Source of the DNA: Macrostomum lignano
Lineage: Eukaryota
Direction of reading: 5' to 3'
Assembly: GCA_002269645.1 (NCBI GenBank)
Contig: NIVC01002568.1
Coordinates: 47,112-111,111 of the forward strand
DNA: 64,000 nucleotides
The notes beneath the pieces are model-generated. The model did not search any database and was not told the DNA's origin. It was given only the letters and a program-made list of their open reading frames with translations. This document shows positions 24,678-35,229 of the stretch, in pieces (the stretch's first letter is position 1; every line of letters begins with the position of its first letter). A program made the translations under genes and the position numbers.

Positions 24678-24711
24678 GCTGAGCTAGAAGAATTCCTTGC
24701 GTCTATTTATA
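24678..24711 (-). promoter_or_regulatory. Core promoter of the P450: TATA box and initiator-like site
   Basis: TATAAATA at 24711-24704; TCAG with A at 24680, 31 nt downstream of the TATA start and 52 nt upstream of the ATG. Confidence 0.6.
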
Positions 24712-25043
24712 GCCAGTTCGTCAGTCCGGTTTGAGGTGGCTGGCTGAGTGCAACTCCTTTCAAATTTTCCGTCACCGACTGCTCTTCAGAAAGCAAGAGC
24801 TGCTAAACTCGTCTGAAAGCAAGGCGACGCGCGACTCCATCCAAAGTTTTTTTTTCATTTACGCTCGTAGAAGCTGCGCTCTCTTTCAAATGAAGGTTAG
24901 TTACAATGGCCTGCAGGCTAGCCAAAAACAAGAAAGGCTGTCAACTCACCACCTCTACTCTACAACTAGCCACGCCGTCGGGTAGACAGCCCACTCTTTC
25001 ATTTCAAGTTCATCGTTCTGTGACAATTAAATGTAGTTTTAAA

Positions 25044-25138
25044 TCAAGGTGGATTCTCATCACAGTAAATTCATTTCAAGGCGGATTCTTATCACAGTAA
25101 ATTCATTTCAAGGCGGATTCTTATCACGGGAAATTCAT
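25044..25138. repeat. 32-bp tandem repeat, 3 copies
   Basis: TCAAGGCGGATTCTTATCACAGTAAATTCATT at 25044, 25076, 25108. Confidence 0.9.
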
Positions 25139-25610
25139 GGAATTGAAAATTTTGTAAAAATGTAAAATTACTTACTACTTACTACTCCTTCACAGCGGAA
25201 GTAAAAGGTTTATTACTACAAAATTTATTGCTACTGTGATAGACTCACTCAATATTTGGTCATGCAGTGCTGATTGCTTTGAAAATAATTATTAACCGTA
25301 TGCTGGAGACAGCTACCATTCAGCAGGTACTTTTGCATACAAAAAATGCACCTAAGGAAAAAGACCACATTTGGCGGAGTGGGGCCAATGCAAGTCTGCA
25401 TCGATCACGTTCAATCCAATTCCATAAAGAAAAGTTTGTTGTAACGGATAGCAAATAATAAGCTTAAGGGGTCAAGCTGATTTGAATATATCAATGAGAC
25501 AAGACCCGCGTACGAAACGGGTCTTAGGCTCCTAAGTTATACATGCGGCAGGAGTTAAACTTGAGAAGTTAAAATGAATTCACGCATATAGCTTTCGTCA
25601 TGTGACATTA

Positions 25611-26110
25611 TTAAAGGGAGCTTTCCAAAGAAGCCCAGCTCTTGACAGCAACCTCGCTGGAAACTTGGTCTCCATTGCTGTTGCCGTCCCCAAGAGTGCC
25701 TGTTCTGTCCTCGAGAGCGGCTGTGCTGTCCTCGAGAGCAGTTTTGCTGTCCCCGAGAGCGGCTGTGCTGTCCTCGAGAGCAGTTTTGCTGTCCTCGAGA
25801 GCGGCTGTGCTGTTCTCGAGAGCAGTTTTGCTGTCCTCGAAAGCGGCTGTGCTGTCACCGAGAGTGGCCGTTCTGTCCTCGAGAGCGGCCGATGAAGACC
25901 TGAGTCCGGCAGCGGCCATACTGGAAACTTGATCACCGTTGTTGTTGCTGCCCCTGAGAGCGACTGTAGAAGCCGTGCGTTGTGCAGCGGCACTGCTGGC
26001 AGCAAGTGTCCGTCGCCTCTTCTTAACGGCAGGTTCAGTCGGGATGATCGGCGGTGGCAGGCCAGCCAGACGATTGGAGCGGCGCATTGGGGCACCGTTG
26101 ACCCTGTCAG
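25611..26110 (-). CDS. Possible terminal exon of an unknown protein with a basic NLS-like stretch and heptad repeats
   Basis: GC-rich open frame with RRSNRLAG, KKRRR and about 8 ALEDS(T/K)(A/T) repeats from a 21-bp unit. Candidate acceptor TTTCTCAG at 26111. No upstream exon identified. Confidence 0.35.
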
Positions 26111-26777
26111 CTGAGAAAGTTCGTTTCTGTGGCATTCCCGAATATGTAACCGTTTTGTATCTTCGTGATAAAGCTTTTATGATTCAAGCATCACAAAGAC
26201 AAAATGTGTCACTCATCCCTGACGGGGAAGGAAGGGGCCATAGACAGCACGCACTCTAGTTGGGTGTTCAACTCTTACCTACATTTTGCAAAGATTTATT
26301 AGATTAAAAAATCAAGAATATGAGTAAATGAAAGTTCAGAAATTCTTTCTCTCAACAGACAAATTTGATTGAGCTATTTATTAGAGTCCGAAGCTCCCTT
26401 AACTGGCTGGTTGATGCACAGATAAGCTGGGAGCACTGTGGTACCTTTAAAGTTTCTGATCAGTCAAAAACTGCGGGCTGAAGCTCCTGACTCCCCTTAA
26501 ACGCGATAGGTAAAACGGATGCTTTCTGGCTATGAAAATTGAGTCTGCAAATTTATTGAAATTTCTGGAGGAGAGAAGTAGCAAAGCTACCTTTTTTCAG
26601 TGGCAATCAAATTGGACGAGGAATGAGGAGCATTGTGCACGTTTACTTAATTCTCACAAGAGTAATAAACAAGAGCACGGTGAGTTCGAGGGGTACGAAG
26701 GTTAATCAGGGACTGGCCAGAGGTGCCCAGCTGAAATACGCTCGTAGATCTTGGATCTAGACAAGTTTAGGGATTTT

Positions 26778-27422
26778 TCAGGAACTGATGCTGTGGTTCA
26801 GCATGCAGACGAACTGGTCGTAACTGACTTTGCCACTGCCGCTGGTGTCCAGCTGGCCGATCATCCGCTCGGCCAGCCGCTCGGCCGGCTCTCCGGCCTC
26901 ACCGTCCCCCATGAGGGCCTCCACCGACATCTGCAGCTCCTCGGCGCTGATGAAGCCGTCGCTATCCTGATCCAGATGCCGGAAGATCGCCTTCAGACAG
27001 GCGTGAGTGCTGCGCCGCTTGCGCAGCTTCTTTGAGCATACCAGGGTGGCAAAGTCGTAGAACTCCATGGACTCCACGCCCTGCGCAGCCAGGGAGTTCA
27101 TGCTCTCCTGTTGGAATGAAAACGGCATCTTTTGTTGGCTCAATAAAAACCCAGCAGCAGTCACACGCAAAGCCTTAGAAATCCGCATCAGCTTATAATC
27201 TCTCAGACCTACCTCAATGACGGTCTCGCTGACGAAGGTCTGGGCCGCCTCGAAACCTTCAATCAGCTTGGCGACTGGGAATCGGCCCTGCTTGTTCTCA
27301 AAGCGGCGGAACGCTTCCATGCACTGCCGCAAGTCGCTCTCCGTCATCTCCACGCTGCTGCTGGGGTCGATGCCCAGAAGGGACTTCAGCTGGCTGCTGC
27401 CCGTCTGCCTGGTCGAGTGCAT
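26778..27422 (-). CDS. Calmodulin-like EF-hand protein; exons 27422-27213 and 27107-26778
   Basis: C-lobe loops DQDSDGFISAEE (canonical) and DTSGSGKVSYDQ; degenerate N-lobe; 105-nt GT-AG intron; acceptor just upstream of the ATG. Confidence 0.8.
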   Translation of the reverse strand: MHSTRQTGSSQLKSLLGIDPSSSVEMTESDLRQCMEAFRRFENKQGRFPVAKLIEGFEAAQTFVSETVIEVGLRDYKLMRISKALRVTAAGFLLSQQKMPFSFQQESMNSLAAQGVESMEFYDFATLVCSKKLRKRRSTHACLKAIFRHLDQDSDGFISAEELQMSVEALMGDGEAGEPAERLAERMIGQLDTSGSGKVSYDQFVCMLNHSISS

Positions 27423-28008
27423 TGCTGTTCGTAGAGGAGAAAATGACTCAGATTTAGAACTGCCTCGCACTGAGACTCTGTTCACAGAGCACTGCAAAGG
27501 GACTCCTTATATGCTGTGGGCAACGACCTTTTTTGACCGATTACTCATTGCAGTAATTTTCTTATTCTCTCGTCCAAGCATTTGCTGACGCAGTGACGAT
27601 TGATGGACAAGCTGAGATGATGATGGCTCTCACAGACTAGCCTGTCAATCACTGCTGCCCAGCCTCCGCACACGGCAGCTGTAGATGGGTGCGAGCGCTG
27701 CCCATCGGATTGACGGACCCTATAAGTTATGAAAGCTTAGCGCTTCTCCTGCAGTTATTTACTAACTCGCAGTGCCGACGGCACATTTCACTCCAGTCAA
27801 GACGTCATGCTGGCCCGTGAGAAGAATTCCTGCACTGCACAGCTTCAAACTCCCACGGGATGGAGAGCTAAAATGTCCAGACCAAAACAAACAACAAACT
27901 GATATGCTGTCGGAGGTCTGCGCTGTCTGCGCTGTTTGCGCTGTCTGAACTTTCTTATCTGGTACCTAAGTGCAATTTGTACATTAATTTAGGGTGCAGA
28001 CTATGATA

Positions 28009-28482
28009 GGGCCAGAGCGGAGACTGCAGGCTGTGATGGGATCAGTGAAGACTGCAGGTTGATGGGGCCAGAGCGGAGACTGCAGGCTGTGATGGGATCA
28101 GTTAAGACTGCAGGTTGATGGGGCCAGAGCGGAGACTGCAGGCTGTGATGGGATCAGTTAAGACTGCAGGTTGATGGGGCCAGAGCGGAGACTGCAGGCT
28201 GTGATGGGATCAGTTAAGACTGCAGGTTGATGGGGCCAGAGCGGAGACTGCAGGCTGTGATGGGATCAGTGAAGACTGCAGGTTGATGGGGCCAGAGCGG
28301 AGACTGCAGGCTGTGATGGGATCAGTGAAGACTGCAGGTTGATGGGGCCAGAGCGGAGACTGCAGGCTGTGATGGGATCAGTGAAGACTGCAGGTTGATG
28401 GGGCCAGAGCGGAGACTGCAGGCTGTGATGGGATCAGTTAAGACTGCAGGTTGATGGGGCCAGAGCGGAGACTGCAGGCTGT
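28009..28482. repeat. 56-bp minisatellite, about 8.4 copies
   Basis: GGGCCAGAGCGGAGACTGCAGGCTGTGATGGGATCAGT(G/T)AAGACTGCAGGTTGATG; the unit is itself made of two AGACTGCAGG subrepeats. Confidence 0.95.
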
Positions 28483-28849
28483 TACTCGCATTTGTGTGCT
28501 CCACAGCTTCCTTCTACTCGCAGGTGTATCGCCTTTGATGATGGAACGGACACCCTCCGAATTTGTATCTCTGAGCCTTCACAGTTCAGCTTAGGCCATA
28601 AAGAGGGTGATTTTATTTCCAGAACCAGCATTTTGAAATTAGAAATTTAGTGGTTTTAAAAAAATCAGCCCTCACCCCTGGAAACTGGAGCGGGAATTTA
28701 CTGCCGACTTCCCCAGCTGTCATCCCTTCATACACAGCCCAGTCTCCCAGCCTGAGTGGCTCAGAGCTGCGGGGCTGCTGGCTGGCAGGCGGATTGGCTC
28801 GGCCGGGGCTGAGCGGGCCAATATCAGCCAGCCATCAGCTGCCGTCTCA

Positions 28850-31800
28850 ATGAGTTCTGTAATCCCAGCCTGGCAATTTACCTGGCAATCAGCAGCAACA
28901 ATGCCATCAGCATCTAACAAGGTGGGCTCGGTGGAGTCGCTGCGAGTCGAACAGGATGATGAAGAGGATCGGAGGCTGGCGATGAAGCTGATCGCGGATA
29001 AGAGACTGGAGGCGCTGGACATAGTCGAGGGATATGAGCTGATCGGGCTGCCCGGCGGTGAGCAACGAAAAGAAAACCATTTTGTTATACCGAATGCCTG
29101 ACCGAACACATTGCATCTCTGCATTGGAATGTTTGTTGTGCCGAATGCCTGACTGAACACATTGCATCTCTGCATTGGAATGTTTGTTGTGCCGAATGCC
29201 TGACCGAACACATTGCATCTCTGCATTGGAATGTTTGTTGTGCCGAATGCCTGACCGAACACATTGCATTTCTGCATTGGAATGTTTGTTGTGTCGAATG
29301 CCTGACCAAATGCATTGCATTTCTGCATTGGCGCCACTTCCCCACCGAACTGTCAGAAATGGCGCACCAGCCGGCGCCGAATCGACAGCCGCGACAGTTC
29401 GACGCCAGAGCGGGCATCAAGTCGTTCGAGCGGTGAGTTGCTCGGAGCCCCGGATCTTTTAAGCTACATTAAAAGTGCGCCTGTCTGCTTCAAACTGCAA
29501 AGCTACCCCAGTGCACAGCCAGAAAGTGTCTCAACCAACGCCAGAAAAACTTACATTTTCCTGCTCCGGTGTCACAACATTTTCGTGAAAAATGCGGCTG
29601 TTTCAGCTGCCTGCTTCTTGGAGTTGACTTCTGCAATCCAGCCGGAAAATCCCGTTCGCTCAGCAGTTGTGCCTGGAAGTTCCGTATTGCTAGTGCAGAT
29701 CACTGAAGCCCTGGGCAAAAGGAACAATAGACGGGCAGTTTTTTGCAGGTGCTGCAGTTGCCTGTTCTGCAATGCAGTTGCACCGAGAATTTCACTGACA
29801 AGGGTGGTTGGTTGATAGTTCAGCATGGCCACACAGCCGTCTGTGGGATGAGTAATCGGAGTTTTTGCGAGTTGCATATGACGGCCACAGCAGAGGACTT
29901 TGTTAAACTTGGTAACGAGGAGAATAAAAAAATACTGTAGCCTTTGGGGCAACTCGTAGCAAGGGTTTGTGCAGTCCGTGCGTGACTGTCATTTGCTGTT
30001 TCACAAGATAGGCCTTTCGAGAATCTCGGTTGAGAGCTGTTGATCTTGCCATCGAAATAACAAAAGCAAGTGAAAATTGCGCAGATATGCAGAGTGAGTG
30101 AGCTACAATAAATGCAGAGTCGTAAACTTAACTTGGTTGGCAGTGCTGCAATTGAGGATCGAACCCATCACCTGGACTTTATTTACCACACGGAAAACAA
30201 GGCAGAAAATATTAAGCAAGAAAAAATATTGTTGAGGAAAATAAGTTTTAATAGAGGGCCTCCACATCACCATCAGACGAGGCCAACTTTCATGCTTTTC
30301 ATGGGTTTGTTTTCTCGCTCTGGACTGTAAACCAATCTGTACTGCGACTTGATGGCTCACTATTGATGGCTCACTAGAATAGCTGAGATCGAGCCTTAAT
30401 CCTAGTGTCAAAGTGAGCAGTTTTGACTTCAGACAGATTGACTTCAAAACCTAGCAATTTATAAATAGTAATTGCATATGTAAGCCATATTTAAGCCATA
30501 TGCCATTGACGAGGGTTTTTTGGTACGCAGAGAGCAGAATGCGTGGCAGAAGAATTTGAGACATTGGAATGCACTATAATTTTCTGGTTTCGGCGACACC
30601 CTGCTTGCAGCTCTTTTAATGAGGCTGAGACAAATTCAAAGCTTATTTTGAGTTATAATTAGAATTTTTTCTCTCTAAAAGTGACTTTAGAGGTGACTAA
30701 ATAACCGCGGTGGATCAATTCATCAAACTTCTGCAGCTGCCTTCCCCAATTTCTGCAGGCTGCCCAAGGTCACAGCTGAAATTGCACGCGAAATTCTGGT
30801 GGCCCAAGCGCCTCAGAAGTGCTGCCAGAGCAAGCAGTTCTTATGGGACATGCCCATTACCAAGGTCGAGAACACACTGGCGTGGCACGTGAGTAGCGGG
30901 CTTGGCTCACAGGGTGAGCAGCTGAGCGGGTTGGTGTGTATTTGCAGTACGCTCGTAGCTGAGCGGCAGTCACAAAGCAGGTACTCAACCGCAGGGTCTG
31001 TAACCGCACCCTCCTCCCAATTGACACCGCTGACCAGCGCATATCGCAGTCTCTACCTGTAAGCCTGCTGCATGAGTTAGAAACATTTCCCTGCAGGGTG
31101 AGCCTTGCCAAAATCCAAAAATTCCCATGGGATGCGGGTAGAAAAATTTTGGGAAATATAATTAATCGGAGGGAGTTAAACAGGGTTTATTGGGCGCGGG
31201 ATATTATTGCTGCAACGGATAGGAAAGCTTTGCAGGTGAGCCTGTGTCGGCATGGCAACGCATTTAGTCTGCCAGTAGAGATTCTACAGCAGCCAGCCTA
31301 TCGCAGGCATCCGGTCATCCGGAAAGTTCTTGCGCTTCTCTACGAACCAAAATTAGTCAGAGTGAAAAGCATATATACAATATTAGCATATATACAATAT
31401 TAGCATATATACAATATTAGCATATATACAATATTAGCATATATACAATATTAGCATATTGAGGCGGAAGGCCTTTTAGTTTCAATAGATGGAATGGCAG
31501 CCAAGATGTTGCACTGCATTGCTCGTATATTTATACAAATGAAAACAGCGCGAGATTATTGAGGGGCCTAGGGAGGTGCGCACATGTGGCGTGGCGTGAT
31601 TGGCTACGCCAACCCCCCTGGCTTAGCGAGCCGGCTAGTGCGGTGCGCCACCACCCCACCTCAGCTGGACAGAGGTTGGCGGGGGGGTTTCCAGTGCGGC
31701 TGCACTGGTGCTGCCGGTCGCGTAGTCTGGCCGCCACACAGCTCCCCCCAGCACCGAGCTAGGCCACGAACGTCGGGTAGTAGCCGAAGCAGCGAGAGCG

Positions 31801-33990
31801 CCGAGGAGCGGGTGCCGAAGACGGCGGGGGCGCGAGGCGGGCGCCGAAGGCAGCAGAGCGCCGATGGCAGCAGGTCGCCGAACGGGCGCCGAGCGGGGGT
31901 GCGAGGCAGGCGCCGAAGGCGGCGGGGCGCCAGGTGGGCGCCGAAGGCAGCAGCAGCAGGGCGCCAGGCGGGCGCCGAAGGCAGCGGGGCGCCAGGCGGG
32001 CGCCGAAGGCGGCGGGGCGCCAGGCGGGCCCCGAAGGCAGCAGGGCGCCAGGCGGGCGCCGATGACAGCAGGGCGCCAGGCGGGCGCCGATGGCAGCAGG
32101 GCGTCAGGTGGGCGCCGAAGGCAGCAGGGGCGCGCGGCCGGACCACACCCGAGGCAATCGACAGTCAGTTGCCGCCGTAGTCTGGCCGCCACAATATATA
32201 CAATATTAGCATATATACAATATTAGCATATATACAATATTAGCATATATACAATATTAGCATATATACAATATTAGCATATATACAATATTAGCATATA
32301 TACAATATTAGCATATATACAATATTAGCATATATACAATATTAGCATATATACAATATTAGCATATATACAATATTAGCATATATACAATATTAGCATA
32401 TATACAATATTAGCATATATACAATATTAGCATATATACAATATTAGCACAACAAAAAGTCACCCAAACTGCAACGAAAGGTATCGCATCTCAAATCTTT
32501 GTGAAGGGCTTCGAGGGAGCAGGCAGGATAAAGGGAACTAAAGCTACTTCAAACTAACAGCCGGAGTCTGACAAATCTTCTGCTGCCCCAAGCAGTGGGG
32601 ATGCGCACACCCCAGGGCTTGCATTCGCATAACTGAATAGCAATGAGCCACTGAGATGCTGAATGAAGATGACGCGCTTGTTCGTCACATAAAATGCCTG
32701 AAGTAGCTGGCGGAGCCTAGCAAGACACGAAATTGGGATACAATGGGCAGGAAATGTAAATATGACAAAATTTTTGTTGGAACACAATAAGCAGGTTGAT
32801 GGGGAAGTCTGGGCGTCATTCTTCAAACGCAGCAAAGCTACCGTACAAGTGCACCGCTTCCCATGATTGCAGTACTGCCTGGAGACTTATGTTGAATCCC
32901 GCTTCACCTGCTGGAGCTACGAGCCTTTCTCTGGCCAGAAGCTGGACAGTCCTAACGAGGGCAAGGCGCCCGGGCCCTGGGAGGTTGAGCTGAGGCCGCG
33001 GGAAATGTTCGTGGATCAGGACAAGGAGCTCATCGTCCCACACACCAGCACTGTGACGGTGAATTTTTTACGCTCGTAGTATGCAACTAGACTTTACACT
33101 TACTCCAGCTTCACCCTCCACACCAAAAGGCTGACTGTGATCCTACTTTTCTGCCCTTTTTAGCCGTGCCACCACTGCAATGCTAAGGGCAAGACGGTGT
33201 GTCACAAGTGCAGAGGGAAGAAGCTGACCCGATGCGGTGACTGCGGCGGCCATGGTCGCAAGACGGTAGCCCAGGGCGCCGTGCTGAGGAAAGTCGACTG
33301 TGGGGAGTGTGATGGACAGGGCAAGCGTCGGTGAGTTGCTGATTCTGGGGCGTCGTATTTGAGGTTTCCTCATGGGTGTGGGTTGCTACACATGTACAGT
33401 GTACAGCATGCGTGCTCCAATAGCGAGCTGTATATAGGAAACTCGTGCAGTGTTTACTTGACAACCCTGCAGCCTCACATCTAACACATCTAACGTACTT
33501 CATAAGTCTAGATAATTCAAAGCACTTAATACACACCATCCCTCACAGCTGTCCCTTGTGCAGCGGCAGCGGGGAGGAAACCTGCACAACCTGCAGTGGT
33601 CACCAGCAGCTCGTGTTCGCCGTGAAGCTAAAGTGTGAGTGGCGCGGAAAGAACGCGGATTACATTGAGGAGCGCACGGACCTACCCGACGAGCTGGTGC
33701 GGGACGTGACAGGCAAAGTGATCTTCGAGGAGGAGGGCGAACTGCTGACTCCCATCAGCAACTTTCCTATCTCGCCGGTGAACCGAGCCTCCAAGTCGCT
33801 GATCGGGGCCCACGAGAACAGCCTGAAAGGCCAGCGGGTGCTGAGACAGAGGCACAACCTTCGCGGAATCCCGGTCACGGAGGTCCACTACGAGCACGAG
33901 GGCAGACAGGGCGTGTTCTTCGTGTACGGATTCGAGAACAAACTCTTCGCCCAGGGCCTGCCCAGCGGCAGCTGCTGCAGCCTTCTGTGA
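28850..33990 (+). CDS. SSUH2: SSUH2-like protein; exons 28850(or 28901)-29057, 29357-29432, 30759-30888, 32873-33058, 33164-33330, 33549-33990
   Basis: AREILV..KCC, YCLETYVESR..YEPF..PGPWEV..VPHTS, CxxCxGxG repeats, RVLRQRHNLRGIPVTEVHY..FFVYG. All junctions GT-AG and in frame; the first two exons are less certain. Confidence 0.85.
29090..29330. repeat. 51-bp minisatellite, about 4.7 copies, in SSUH2 intron 1
   Basis: CCGAATGCCTGACCGAACACATTGCATCTCTGCATTGGAATGTTTGTTGTG. Confidence 0.95.
31369..31459. repeat. 17-bp AT-rich satellite, left array (5 copies)
   Basis: GCATATATACAATATTA at 31369, 31386, 31403, 31420, 31437. Confidence 0.95.
31850..32125. repeat. Very GC-rich degenerate ~28-bp repeat
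   Basis: Recurrent GGCGCCAGGCGGGCGCCGAAGGC(A/G)GC(A/G)G. Confidence 0.85.
32194..32449. repeat. 17-bp AT-rich satellite, right array (about 15 copies)
   Basis: Same unit and orientation as 31369-31459. Confidence 0.95.
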
Positions 33991-35229
33991 TGACTCAAAT
34001 CTGATTGAACTCTGAGCACAGTGAGCTCTAAAGACGCCAATTTTCTTTTAATTTATAGCCTCTCCCGAAAAGGTGCAGGTTGAACTGTTTCGATCAGGTA
34101 GTGAAAATTACTAGACGTTTTCTTTCGTGTACCGACTAAATTTCACATAAAGCTTGCTAACTAATAAAGTTGCTATCTGTGCGACGAGCACTAACCTAGC
34201 TGAGCCTGAGCCGATAAAAGCCTATTAAGCCCTTGTCCCTGTCCTCGTCAAATTTTCGTTGTCCATGTGCAATGGTTCTTAAGTTCAAGTCGCACCTGCG
34301 TATTTACATACTCGTACTGGATGGATATTCAATCAAACTTTGAATGAGGAATTTCCGCATGAAACAGAGGTGCAAGGGATGAAGGCTAATAATGCACACT
34401 TTAAATTACTAGTGAGCTGAAAAGTTGCTTCGATACACTTGCTGCTTTTACTCTGGACAGAGCTCAAAAAGTTCACACTAATCAAGGTAAAATCCGCTCA
34501 ATAATTAATGTATAATGTGTATTTATACAGGTAAGCATAATCAAAAATGTCTCCGCACGCTTGATGGGAATAGCAGCAAAACAGACAGCTGTGGCTCAAT
34601 AGACGGTCCTGCGCCACAATTCGTCATCAATACAAGAAACAGAGAGTGCAGGCCGAACTGTCAGGCCCTGGCGGCAGAGTCGGGAGGTGCAGCCAGCTTT
34701 GAAAGCGGAACATACAGAAGGGGTTTCAGCACTAAATTCAAGACTGCAGCAGAACAACCTGCTGGGGCAGATGCAGCATCGGAGCATGGCTGGCATGCAA
34801 GAAGCAGACAATATAAAGAAATCAAAGACCGCAATCACAATTTCTACATGTGACAGACAATACAAACGATAGAATTCGAAGACAAGGCGAGAAAACTCGA
34901 ACCCGAGATAGCGCCGAGAGTAGCTAGGCGGGAGTGGCAAGCGGCTAACGCTGGGATGAACTTGGTTGGCTGATGAGATGAGGAGCGGAAGCTGCGGGGA
35001 CTGAGGGCAAAGCCAGTGGTAGGGATTCTCGGGCTATCACAGGTGGCAGGAGTTAATGTACATGAGCGGGCAGCAAGCTCGCAGCCTTGCTCTCGGGTGT
35101 CGATGGAGGGCAGACTCTCGGGGGACATGGGAGAACTGCTAAGAGAAAAACGCCGAAATTCTCATTAAAAATGTGGCAGTAAGAAAGACGAGAGACATCA
35201 AAGTGGTGCGCGCGCTGAGAAGGCCAGGA

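Noticed and set aside
25501-25540. 8-bp hairpin AAGACCCG..CGGGTCTT as a Helitron 3' end or hammerhead
   Set aside because: The downstream CTAAG is not a clean CTRR|T junction and the CUGANGA core is missing.
28720-29337. 205-aa minus-strand ORF
   Set aside because: It is the antisense shadow of an SSUH2 exon plus the 51-bp repeat.
30130-30180. tRNA-like B box (GGTTCGATCC, minus strand)
   Set aside because: No A box or cloverleaf; at most a decayed SINE fragment.
31584-32226. Overlapping Gly/Arg/Ala/Pro-rich ORFs
   Set aside because: These are expected from very GC-rich repeats lacking stop codons.
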